From: Octopus sinensis
Taxonomy: Eukaryota
Length of the DNA stretch: 64,000 nucleotides
NCBI RefSeq assembly: GCF_006345805.1
Contig: NC_043001.1
Coordinates: 36,704,001 to 36,768,000 of the forward strand
Direction of reading: 5' to 3'
Shown: positions 24,308-37,200 of the stretch, piece after piece
Position numbering within the stretch: the first letter of the stretch is position 1
How the letters are laid out: every line of letters begins with the position of its first letter
Program-made: the position numbers and the translations under genes
Notes under the pieces: generated by a model
Seen by the model: only the letters and a program-made list of their open reading frames with translations
Databases searched by the model: none
Told to the model about the DNA's origin: nothing

Positions 24308-24644
24308 CTAGCTTGACCAAGAAAGGTATCAACTTTGGTTTTTACCATAGCAACAAGGCCATACATTGTGCGGGGTGATAGGATTAATATAACTGATTAT
24401 ATTGACACCAATTCTTCACTGGCATCTGTTTAAATAAGCGTCAGAAATAAGCAGGACCATCGCAGGATTTTATTCTGAGGACGAAATATATTGAACCTAC
24501 CCCTTACATTAGAAATATTTGCTTCGTTGACAATGATCGGGAATAGTTAATATTCAATGTAACTGGATTGAAAAGTTAATATTTAAGCTATCATTTTGAT
24601 AGCTTAAATATTAATTTTTAGTGTCCCTGTTATTATTCAATGGA

Positions 24645-25070
24645 CCTAAGGCGGCAAGCTGACAAAATCATTAGAACAAAGCGCTAAACGTCTGAGTCAT
24701 CTTTGCAAGGGTCGATAAAACAAAGCACCAGTCAAGTACTGTTGTGGGTATAATTGATTTGGCGCATCCTCTTAAAATATGGCTTTATGCTAAAATTAGA
24801 ACTATTTAAATTCGAATGGATTGTGGATAGCAGTATGATGGAAATGCTTGTGATATTAGTAGGGTCGGTTAAGGCATTGAGCTGGCAGAATCGTCAGCAC
24901 ACCGAAAAAAATGGTCAGCAGCATTTCGTCCGTCTTTACGTTATAAGTTCACATTCCGCCGAGGTCAAATTTGCCGTTCATTCTTTCAGGGTCGATAAAT
25001 TAAGTACCAGTGAAACACTGGAGCGATATAATCGACCTGTCACCTCCTCTAAAATTTCAAGCCGTGTGCC
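24645..25070 (+). mobile_element. two degenerate group C SINEs
   Basis: ggcggcaagctg head, aagttcacattccgccgaggtc, gggtcgataaattaagtaccag. Confidence 0.75.
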
Positions 25071-25646
<576 letters not shown>

Positions 25647-26087
25647 ACGACTTACCCCTCCCTCGAAATTGCTGGCTTTGTACCAAAATTTGAAATCGAT
25701 TTTAATAGTCAACTTTGGTTTTCTTTTTTTCTTTTACTGTTTTTTTTTTCGGGTCAGTAAAGTTGATATTAGTAAATACAAGCGATCGATTCAAATTTCA
25801 TTCAACTATTTTTGTGTCCTTATGCTTCTATGAATTACTAGATACAACATCGATTTTCCGGAGCATCTGATTTCAAAGCTTTTCCGGAGTACTGATTTTT
25901 CCGAAAGAAGTGGCCACCATTTTGGTCAACACACTTGAAATTAAACAAATATTAAATTTACTTAAATCATTGCATGAAATAAAGTTTGTCCGGGCTAAAT
26001 TTGTCTGTTCCTTATGTCTCCTTTTCTTCACGATGCATTGGTGAACAGTTAACGTCGTTGGAGCGCATATAGATTAAAGTTGTGCTT

Positions 26088-26391
26088 ATGTTTGTTCCTT
26101 CTCGAGTCACGCCTGGCTCATAAGGGCCGGTTTCCCAATTTCCTTGGCGTATAGGTTCCCCACCTGAACGGGACGCCGGTCCGTCGCAGGTGTGCTGCAA
26201 GATGCAGGAGGAAAGAGTGAGAGGAAGTTGTGGCGAAAGAGTCAGCAGAAATTTGCCATCACCTTCTGCCGGAGCCACGTAGAGCTTAGGTATTTCGCTC
26301 ATAAACACACACATCGCCCGGTCTGAGATTCGAACCCGCGATCCCTCGACCGCGAGTCCGCTGCTCTTACTACTAGGCTATATGCCTCCAC
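26088..26391 (-). mobile_element. group B SINE
   Basis: Reverse complement homologous to 1593-1903; near-TSD taaa(g/a)ttgt at 26075-26083 and 26392-26400. Confidence 0.88.
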
Positions 26392-27191
26392 TAAAATTGT
26401 ATTTAAGAAAACGTTAACTGACATAGACGACTAGCAGTCATTTGAATGTTTGAAGAGAGTTACCTGTATCATGATGATTCGTGCCGAGTATGAAAATACT
26501 CACATCATGATTGCTGCTCAGTACTCTTTGAATTCTATAGAGGCTGTAAGACGCGATATAGACAACAGCAACGGAGACTATAAAGACGTGTCCAGCATGA
26601 AGGAGGCAACGGGCGTTCTGAGAGCGTCCGCACGTCGGTATTCATTCAACAATTGAACAGGGCCTTAGGTTCAATTCAGAAAGCTATGTGAAGCTACTAC
26701 AAACTGTAATCAATCCCCAACTGGAGAGGTTTGCTGCTGGAAGGCCATATGTGTAGCAGTAGGATTCGGAACCTTGTTCATACCTCCGGAAACTGTCAGA
26801 AGCAGTTGTCGGAGAATTTCTACGACTTCGCCAGCACCAAATTTCTGGCTTCCTAATTCTCTCGGTTGTAATACCACAGATTACAATGCAGGTGGTGCGA
26901 TTGAGAATAACACCAGCCATCCTGTCTGCAGAAAGGCGGAGGTATTCGAACATCTTCACATGGGTACAGTGAGGAATGCATGCGCCTGGTTCCGGAGCCG
27001 TGTTGAGGCGGTGGTGGAAGCTGAAGGCGGATGATTTGTTTGAGACTGTTATCTCCTAGAGATAGTCTTGTGGATTTTTTTTTCGATTTATTAAAACACT
27101 TATTTTAGAATGGGATATTATATTTTTCTTTTCTTACAAACACACACACACACACACGCACACGAACACACACACACATACACACATATGC

Positions 27192-27223
<32 letters not shown>

Positions 27224-27307
27224 TACATACATAGATACACACACACACATATACGTGTGAGTATGTGTGGTGGAGCTTTCCTCCTAGTCAGTCTCTGCTT
27301 ATCTCTC

Positions 27308-27360
<53 letters not shown>

Positions 27361-27573
27361 CCCGAATCATTCGCATTTCTCCCATCTCAATGGATATTCT
27401 TAATACCTGTTCATTGCTTGTTGTCACAAATTGCATATCTTGAAGGATTTCAAGTTTTCTCTACATTTTCCATGTTTTATTATTTTTCTTCGTCTCTACC
27501 TCAACAACGAAAAATTACTACCTCCAGTATCATTATCATCAGCCTCATCGTTGTCGTCATCATCATCATCATT

Positions 27574-27613
<40 letters not shown>

Positions 27614-27899
27614 ACATCATCATCATAGTCGTCGTCGTCATCATGATCATCATTATTACCATCAATTGCTTCGATGGCTATTTCCATTTTTACATAATCA
27701 TTGATGTTAACACATGCATCTCGGTGAGAACTCTCTCGCACACAAACACACACAAACGCAAACGCGTGCACACACACACAACACACACACACAAACGCAA
27801 ACGCGTGCACACACACACACACACACACAAACACTCAAACACACACACACTTACACGCACGCACGCACGCACATTTGTGTGTGTGAATATTCTATATAT

Positions 27900-28054
27900 G
27901 GGCGCAAGCATGGCTGTGTAGTAAGAAGCTTGCTTCCCCACCACATGGTTCAGAGTTCAGTCTTATTGTGCCGCACCTTGAGCAAGGGCAGATACCTCGG
28001 GCCGACCAAATATTTGTGAGTAGATTTGGTAATCGGGTATTGAAAGGAGCCCAT

Positions 28055-28100
<46 letters not shown>

Positions 28101-28632
28101 ATATATATATATATATGTATATTAATATATATATATATATATAAGAGACAAAGGTCTTTTAGTGTAGCCTCGGGCCGACCAAAGCCTTGTGACTGGATTT
28201 GGTAGACGGAAACTGAAAGAAGCCCGTCGTATATATGTATGTGTGTATATATATGTGTGTGTGCGTGTGTCTGTTTGGCCTCCCAACATCGCTTGACAAC
28301 CGATGCTGGTTTGTTTGCGTCCCCGTAACTTAGCGGTTCGGCAAAAGAGACCGACAGAATAAGTACTAGGCTTACTAAGAATAAGTCCTGGCGTCGATTT
28401 GCTCCACTAAAGGTTGTGCTCCAGCATGGCCGCAGCCAAATGATTGAAACAAGTAAAAGAGTAATATATATATATATCTTTTGTAAGTTAGCGATTCGAC
28501 AAGAGTTGGATAGAATAAGCAACAGACTTTAAAAATAGAGAAGTACTGTAGATCATTTGTTCAACGAAGAAGGTTCTCTAAGATAGTGCCCCAGCATGGC
28601 TGCAGTCTAATGACTGAAACAAGTAATAGAGA
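27900..28632 (+). mobile_element. group A SINE with internal duplication, plus an extra 3' fragment
   Basis: Head 27900-28045, second cctcgggccgaccaaa segment from about 28165, tail to 28463, further tail piece about 28480-28632. Confidence 0.82.
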
Positions 28633-28789
28633 AAGATATATGTGGACGAAGACATGGCGCCATTTTGTGTTCATACTGCTTCCATGCTGACGATGAACGT
28701 AATATATATTCAAGCAACGGTTGTACGGTGGAAGTAGTCTACGACGTTTGGGTATGATAGATGTGGGAATATACTTACGTATAAATATA

Positions 28790-28857
28790 GCTACATACAT
28801 ACAGACACTTATATAATACCTGCTTGCATACATACATACATACATACATACATACAT

Positions 28858-28888
<31 letters not shown>

Positions 28889-28916
28889 TACATACATACA
28901 TACATACATACATACA

Positions 28917-28950
<34 letters not shown>

Positions 28951-29750
28951 CACATACATTTAAATACATACTTCTATATATAGATACATATACACACATA
29001 CCTGCATACAAACATATATATATATATATACATGTGTACATACGTATATATACATAAGTATATATGTATATATACATACGTATATATACATACAATCATA
29101 CATACTTATTCACATATATACCTACTTACATGCATACATACATTAAGACATATACATGTGCATAATATATACCCACATGCATATTAGCTTACATATGTAC
29201 ATGTATGCTGACGTAAATACATACGAACATGCATATATGCATGCAGACATACACCCATATAATACGGCAAACACGCATACATTCGTCCTTATATACGTAC
29301 ATACATGCATACATGCATGCATACATACATACATACATACATACATACATACATACATACACACACATACATAGATACATGCATGTATACATACATACAT
29401 ACATACATACATACATACACATACATAGATACATGCATGCATAATACATACATACATACATGCATGCGTACATACATACATACATACATACATACATACA
29501 TACATACATACATACACACACATACATAGATACATGCATACATACATACATACATACATACATACACACACATACATAGATAGATACATGCATGTATACA
29601 TACATACATACATACACACACATACATAGATACATGCATGCATACATACATACATACATACATGCATGCGTACATACATACATACATACATACATACATA
29701 CATACATACATACATGCATGCATACATACATACATACGTACGTACGTACA
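28790..29750. repeat. compound (CATA)n/(CATG) microsatellite
   Basis: Direct reading; it generates the MYVC/HTYI ORFs in the track. Confidence 0.95.
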
Positions 29751-31085
29751 TCTAATCTGCGTATGTACGTATTGTACGCTGGTGGTGGTAGAAAAGAGGG
29801 TGGAAGAATGAGAGAAAGAAGAGACAACTCCAATTCCTGCTACTTTATGCTGCTAGTTAACCTAATGACAGCTTAATCATCATAAACAAAAGTGATAGCT
29901 TCCGCCAATCTCTCCAAACTACTTTAGATCTGGAAATAGTTCCAGATTCCTTTATTCATTGGTTCATTTCTTTTTCTTTCCTACCTTTATTCTTCTTCTT
30001 TCTTTTCTTCTTTCTGTATTATTTTACTCTTTCAATTTCTATTTCCAGTTCTCTTTTCCCCCGCAAGACTTTCATTATTTATTTATTTTTCTTCTCTCTT
30101 CTATATTTTCTTTCTTCCGGTAGCTTTTCCTTTCTCGTTTTCTATAGTTGTTTTCTTCTTTCCTTCCCTCTCATTCATCGTTATGTCCATTCTTCTTTGA
30201 ATCGTATTTTTCTCCGTCTCTCTTTGTTCTTTCCATTCTTTCTTTCTATTCTTAATGTACTTTTTTTTTTATTTCAGTTTTTCCTTCTTGCACTTTACAT
30301 TTCACTGACATCCATTTCTTTCTTTTAATTTTGTCTATTTCATTATATTTTCCCTCTGTGTCTCTCTGAATTTCTTTCCATCTTTTTATTCCCTTTTTCT
30401 GTTTTGTTTTTTTTATCTTTTTTTTTTCAATTTTTCTCGTTTTTCCACTTTCCTGCCACCACCCTCATTCTCTCCATTTCTCTCCAAGTCTTTCGATACT
30501 AACATCACTCCTCTTTCTCTTTTCTGTTTGACATAATATATTTTCTTTCTGTTCTCATTTTTGTTCTTTAATTTCCTTTCATGTTTTCACTGTATTTAGT
30601 GTCTAATACTGTTTTCAGTCTGGTATTTTAATATAATTCAATTTGTATGAGAAACGACTGATTGTCGGAAAGATAGTTCCTACAAAATTCCCTAGCAAGT
30701 TCTAACCTTCCAAGTGCGACTATACTGTTTATTTCTCCGGGGTCGATGAAATAAGTGCCAGTCACTTTCTGGGATCAACATAGTAGACTCTTCCTTTACC
30801 TCAAAGTGTGGCATTATTTTTAAGTTAAACATCATAATCACATTTTTATTTCATTCTAGGTATTTCCCTATCCATTCTTTTTCGTTCATTTATATCCTTT
30901 TGCTATTTTAAGTGTTTTAGCCAATAAAGTCGATACATTCACTCAATCATTAATATGTTTTTATTCAGCTGATACGTATGAGAAACACCTCCGGACATGT
31001 TTTAGTCTTGTTAGGTCTTTTCAGAGAAGCATTTATGTGCCGAATTAGTGATCAAAAAGTGACCAGGAAAGGTTTTAACAAATGT

Positions 31086-31292
31086 TCTTTTCTACTCTAG
31101 GTACAAGGCTCGAAATTTGGGGGGAGAGGGCCAGTCAATTAGATCGACCCCAGTACGCAACTGGTACTTAATTTATCGACTCCGAAAGGATGAAAGGCAA
31201 AGTCGATCTCGGCGGGATTTGAACTCAGAACATAAAGACAGACGAAATAACGCTAAGCATTTCACCCGGCGTGCTAAGGTTTCTGTCGCCTT
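31086..31292 (-). mobile_element. group C SINE
   Basis: Reverse complement of the group C consensus (aaaggatgaaaggcaaagtcga ... gaactcagaac). Confidence 0.88.
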
Positions 31293-31299
31293 GGTTTTA

Positions 31300-31880
31300 A
31301 CAAATATTGTACTAGTTTAACGCTTGAAAGGAAAGGAAAAAGTCTAAACGTTTTTAACGTTTGTCCTTCATCAGAAGAAAAGCATAAAAATGAGAGAGAG
31401 AAAACGGATGGCGTGTTAGGAGACCAGGTAGAAATGCAGCTCTAGTGGGAGTTAAAAGTGAAGCAGGATGGCGTGTGCATGGACGTAAAAGTGTGTTTCT
31501 GTGTTTAGGGATGGGGATACGGCACAGTGTGTGTGTGCACGCGTAGGTATCTGTGCGTGTGTGTGTATGTGTGTGTGTGTGATTATTAGGGGCGTGTAGA
31601 AGTGTGGCAATGTGAAAGTACAGAGGTGTGGGTTAGTGAAGATGTGCTGGGTCTTAGTGAGTGTGCAATCGTATTGTGAATATGTGAGGAAAGCGTGAAA
31701 GGAATAGGTGGGAACAAATACGAATGTAGGAAAGCAAGAAGGAAGTAGAATGTGTGATAGAAGTAAAGGGTATACATAACATAAGGGTTGAACTGAAAGT
31801 AATGCAAAAGTTGGCATAAGTTTTTAATTAATTCGCATAGGTGGTTCAAAATTGCATATGTCGATAGAGTATCTCATTCA
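31300..31880 (-). mobile_element. PLE-like 3' region with degenerate hammerhead (related to 43713-44182)
   Basis: Minus strand reads CTGATGA-aggacaaacgtta-AAAA-CGT-T (31343-31378); flank similar to the 43.8-kb copy. Confidence 0.5.
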
Positions 31881-31899
31881 CTATACAAAGCTACAACTT

Positions 31900-32897
31900 A
31901 ATAATAGCCTCCATTGTAAGTACTACATTTGTGCCATCACGGAGCTCAAGTTTCGAATCTTCTTTGAATACTTTCTGTGTGCACAGCCACTTTTACCTCG
32001 TCTATATCATCAAATCGTTGTCTCCGAAGACTGCCTTACATTGGAGCATTGGACCAAGCATCTGACGGGCGAAGGGCGCCAGATCTGAGTTATATGGTGG
32101 ATAGGAGACCAATGACTAACCCTATTTGCCGGTCGCTTAATTTTTTTGTCAAAGTTCTGTTTGGCTGCGCATTGCCATACAGAATGTTCAGGCACTTGTT
32201 CGCGTTGTTCCTTCTAATCCCTTCTCTAATCATTTTCAGTGTTTCAGTTTATCATTCGCTATTGATGGCACTACTATGTTCCAGAAAATCAGAATACGAT
32301 TATCACCCGGAAAAAAAACACTCATCATCAATTTCTGTGCCGATTGCAGGTTGTTGAAATTCTTAGTACTTGGAAAAGAAATATGACACCATTCCATGGT
32401 CTTAACATTCATTTCTGGATCATAAAGATGCAGTCACATTTCATCCTTAGCACAGATCGGTAAAAACAATCTATGCCCGTTGGCGTCAAATTTTCCTGGG
32501 TCATCAGGGCAGACATAATTCTTCTCTCCCACAAAACGAGGTACTTACTTTGCACTCACTTTCCGACAGAGTCTTCCACTATCTTCTGTAATGCATTATG
32601 GATAAAGTCCAGATATGTAACAAGCCCACAGATTAGGAATCTTACATCCGATCAAAGCACTTCGTCCACTTGTTTGCGATTCTCGTCAGGGTTTGCAATT
32701 GATGGTCACTTACTGCTTGATATTTGTTCAATCCTGGTTTCCCCTTATTTAACCTCTTCATCAAATGTGTACATTGCACATACCAACCATGTCATCTCTA
32801 TAAACAATCTGTAGCTTTTTGTGGATATCGGACAGCATACCCCACACTTTTGACAAGATCGCGGTGATAGCAAGTAGCTTCCATTTCGAACTCATTA
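31900..32897 (-). pseudogene. highly degraded mariner transposase
   Basis: Minus-strand motifs IHKKLQIVYRDD, KVSAK*VPR, KDEM*LHLYDPE, SAQKLMMSVF, YPPYNSDLAP, QRFDDIDEVK; TIRs not found. Confidence 0.85.
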
Positions 32898-33045
32898 TTT
32901 GATGGTAATTAAGAAACACATATGTGCAATTAAATGTCCCATGTGAATTATTAAAAGATTCATACCCAAGTTCTCATTATTTTCTGTACAACCTCGTATA
33001 TTTATGTGTATGTGCGTATGTGTGTGTGAGTATACACGAGCACAC

Positions 33046-33082
<37 letters not shown>

Positions 33083-33085
<3 letters not shown>

Positions 33086-33306
33086 TTTTATTTGTTTCAG
33101 TCATTTGACTGTGGCCATGCTGGAGCATCGCCTTTAGTCGAGCAAATCGACCCCAGGAGTTATTATTTGTAAGCCTAGAACTTATTCTATCAGTCTCTTT
33201 TGGCGAACCGCTAAGTTACGGGGACGTAAACACTCTAGCATCGGTGTCAAGCTATGCAGGGGGTGGGGACAAACACAGACACACAAATAAACACACACAC
33301 ACACAG

Positions 33307-33337
<31 letters not shown>

Positions 33338-33494
33338 CACAATGGGCTTCTTTCAGTTTCCGTCTACCAAATATATTCACAAGACTGGTCGGCCTGAGGC
33401 TATAGTAGAAGGCACTTGCTCAAGTTGCCACGCAGTGGGAATGAACCTGGAATCATGTAGTTGGTAAGCAAGCTACTTACCACACAGCCACTCC
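33083..33494 (-). mobile_element. group A SINE
   Basis: Reverse complement of the 393-820 consensus. Confidence 0.9.
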
Positions 33495-33590
33495 AGTATA
33501 TACAGAGAGGGAGAAGGAGAGACACGGGAGAGAGAGAACGGGACAGACTGAAATAGTTTAATAAAAGAGGGAGATTTGGGAAGAGAAATA

Positions 33591-33650
<60 letters not shown>

Positions 33651-33896
33651 TGTGTGTATGTGTGTGTGTATGTGTGTTGTGTGTGTGTGTGTACTAATTG
33701 AATCAACTAAACAATTCAAGTATTATAAATATATTAAAAGAAAATATACATTAATTACCGGGCGCACTCTTAATGTATTCTGTGGTGGGAAAATAATTTG
33801 TATATACATAAATGCTTACATACACGCTCGCAACATTGCACACAATATATTTGCGCAAATATATTTATATACGCATTATATATATAATATATATAG

Positions 33897-33941
<45 letters not shown>

Positions 33942-34746
33942 GCGTGTGTGTATTATATCACATATATACTACACACACACAAACACACTCACATATCACA
34001 TTTATACTACATATATAAATATATGTTTGTGTTAGTGTGTCTGTGCTCTCGTCAGATTATGTTATTAAGCTAAGCTATTCGGTACAATGTATGTATTATG
34101 TATAAAAATACCACACATATATGCTTACATACGTACTTTTCTGCACACATTTATGTGTTTTAAATCTACAGACTAACATACTATTTTTTAAAGAAAATAT
34201 TTCAAATTTCATTTTGCATTATTACAGACTCACAGATGATTAAATACGCATGTGGCGAAATCACACGTGCTTGCATCGACACCTCTCTACAAACAACGAC
34301 ATACACATCTACGTATTTTATTAAATTCTACCCACATACTTATACCCGGAAAAACATTTCCAGATTGTTTATGCATCAAATAGGCGCATAAATGATTAAA
34401 TGCATATGCAGAATATAATAACATAGGCATTTTTTAATATTCAATTCCATTCGTATCCACGAATAAAATATCTCAGTATAAAATAAAAGAAAGGTGTAGC
34501 TTAGGCCTTATAAACAATTATATGCGCTTCTGCTACCATTATTATTTTGGACATACTCAGAATAAAGGGTTATTTTAAGAGCTTGGTATCAAAAGAGAAA
34601 TAAAAATTTTAAAATGTGTAAGTTGTTATGAATACAATATATATATAAGTTCAGCAAAATTTCGATTCAGAAAAATATGGTACTTAACTTAAAGGCACCA
34701 GAATTTTGTATGGTATTATCCATATAAATCAAATGGGGTGATTATA

Positions 34747-34884
34747 ATCAAAATAAGCAACAAGGATATCCAAGGTAGAGTAGTACAATTGTTTCATGCT
34801 ACTTCATTTTATTAAACACTGTAAGTACTTAGCATGAAACAATTGTACTTCTCTACCTAGGATATCCTTGTTGCTTATTTTGAT
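34747..34884. repeat. inverted repeat, 55-bp arms, 28-bp spacer
   Basis: 34747-34801 versus the reverse complement of 34830-34884: 2 mismatches; arms contain GAAACAATTGTA. Confidence 0.93.
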
Positions 34885-35108
34885 ATATATATATATATGT
34901 GTGGGTGTGTGTGTATGTGTGTGTGTATATATGGATGTATGAATATGCTTCTTTTGATTTGAATTCAATTATAATAAAACCAATTTTAAATTAACAGGGC
35001 AGGTTATTCTATACTTTCGTACAGTACAAAATTATGCTGAAACAAGACTGTCGTTCACAGTAACTTTCGGCCAGCAAAGCTATCGAAGGACCGTATTTAT
35101 ATAAACAA

Positions 35109-35149
<41 letters not shown>

Positions 35150-35604
35150 AGTAAACGATTATTTATAATTGTTATAATTTTCGCCTTAAAAGTTGATTTA
35201 ATATGATAGCCACTGATACGATTTTTTGAAAAGAAATTCGGAAATATAGAAAATTAGCATTCAGCGAATACCTAAACATTTGCGCCAGTAACAAACAACC
35301 CGGTTTCGGAATTTTTCCTCTCTATCAATTCAGGGACGATGCAACCTGTAGACAGCGCATTAGTAAAGAGTCATACTTTACTACAAAATATAAACCCCTT
35401 TTGAATGCGTCCACCAAAAATGACACTATTACAAGTACTTCAGAATAATACCCACGCAAATATTAAAAATGACTTTATTCAGAACAATTCCAATCACTAC
35501 TATTACAACTACAACGGGTCAGTTTTAGGTCACATGACTATTTAAGCGGATTTCTGCTACTGTCATGCTACTCCTACATTTTTATTATTCTTTTCTCTTA
35601 TTAT

Positions 35605-35712
35605 TTTTCTTCTTCTTTTTTCTTCTTCTTCTTCTTCTTCTTCTTCTTCTTCTTCTTCTTCTTCTTCTTCTTCTTCTTCTTCTTCTTCTTCTTCTTCTTC
35701 TTCTTCTTCTTC
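35605..35712. repeat. (CTT)n microsatellite
   Basis: Direct reading. Confidence 0.97.
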
Positions 35713-35962
35713 GCCACCGCCGCCTCCTTTCTCAACTACTACTGCTTAAACAATCAAAAACAAGAATTCATATCAAACTACTACTACTACTACTACTACC
35801 GGCTGCCTACTACCTAGAACTCATATGAGTAAAAAAGAGAGATGGAGACAGACAGAAAAAAGGAAAATGTCCCATGCAATTGAAAAACTATGGACATATT
35901 TTTAAAAAACATTTCATTTAATTTTTCCACAATTTAACTGATTTTCATTCTTTACTACAAGT

Positions 35963-36007
35963 TGAAAAAGTCGCAAGTCTGAAACCGGTACTTATATATA
36001 TATATAC

Positions 36008-36040
<33 letters not shown>

Positions 36041-36119
36041 AGGAAAATAAGACAAGGTAGAAATACTGAATTTATCAGGAAAAACATTTAGTACCGGTTT
36101 CAGACTCTGCGACTTTTCA

Positions 36120-36120
<1 letters not shown>
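35963..36120. repeat. convergent pair of short hammerhead-like PLE termini around (TA)n
   Basis: 35963-35993 is nearly the reverse complement of 36090-36120 (ttgaaaa(a)gtcgca(g)agtctgaaaccggtact). Confidence 0.85.
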
Positions 36121-36217
<97 letters not shown>

Positions 36218-36224
36218 GTGTGTA

Positions 36225-36365
36225 AATGTAAAAAAATACAAACTGGGACAAGAACGTGAAACATTTAGAAGACGATACAAAAAACACGGACGGGGCATTC
36301 GAAGCCTTCAATCTTCAGTCAAGAACCGGATCATCTTCGCAATTTCGGCTGATTAATCTTGGCAC
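36225..36365 (-). mobile_element. solo 3' terminal repeat of the PLE family seen at 54280-55200
   Basis: Homologous to 40862-41010 (opposite strand) and, more distantly, to about 54290-54450. Confidence 0.6.
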
Positions 36366-37074
36366 AGATATATAATCATTAGTGTAGAAAACGTCCAGGA
36401 ATGGCCTTTTCACTGAAGTAAATATAACTAAGAGGTGAGTCACAAAATTAATGTAGACCAGTGAAGACTGTTAACTATTTAAGAGTGTTCGTTATGGAAA
36501 GGAAATCAACAAAAGGTAAATAGAATTATTCTGGCAGTAATGATATTTTTCAACACAAAATTTTAGTTGATTAAAAACTGAAAGAAAACATACAAATCGG
36601 GAGTAGGTTTGACCTTTGGTACGTATAGTAGCATCTAGTGAATGTGTCTTTCATGATTTAATATATTCTCCTCGCGGATTCATCGTTAGATGTTGCAACA
36701 GAGGTCTCCAGCATTTGGAGGAGTCATGTAGGTTGGATCCTGTTGTACACTGATTTCTTTTCTCTCCAGGCTGCTGATCCTGGCTGTCGCCATACCCGAG
36801 ATGGCTTGGTAGCAAGTACCTTTCCACTAGGCTTTATTCAGTCAGTGCTACCGATTCTCTTTTCCACAGATTTATCTTCGAGGTTTTCATGTAGGTTTTT
36901 ATAGGGCATTCATATCTATATAAGTAAATACGTCAAAACACGCTGACTAGCAAAACCAAGTCATGCTTGAGTGCTAACACATTCCTGCGTGAACACATGT
37001 AAACATATATGCACGCGTTCACACATACATGAATGTGTGTGTGGTTCAAAATGTACAGAAAATAAAAGACAAAG

Positions 37075-37200
37075 ACAGGTGAGGAAATAACGAACAGGTC
37101 TATTATTTTGACGCTCGAGGAAAATAGAAAAATCTTTGACGTTTCGAACCAATGCTCTTCGATAAGAAAAGGTTGAGAGGAAAAATAGAGAGAAAGAAAG
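37075..37200 (-). mobile_element. diverged copy of the hammerhead-bearing family H
   Basis: Minus strand reads cttttCTTATCGA-a-gagc attg gttc-GAAA-CGT-C-aaag. Confidence 0.65.

Noticed and set aside
24476-24500. CTGAGGA-c-GAAA and similar hits near 14321, 35300, 38540, 40627, 58520 and 58876
   Set aside because: No or poor stem II and stem I; expected by chance in AT-rich DNA, or too decayed to call.
36750-36880. Strong plus-strand acceptor sites (ttcttttctctccag, ctcttttccacag) as exon starts
   Set aside because: No good downstream donor or meaningful frame; the region looks like an antisense retroelement relic.
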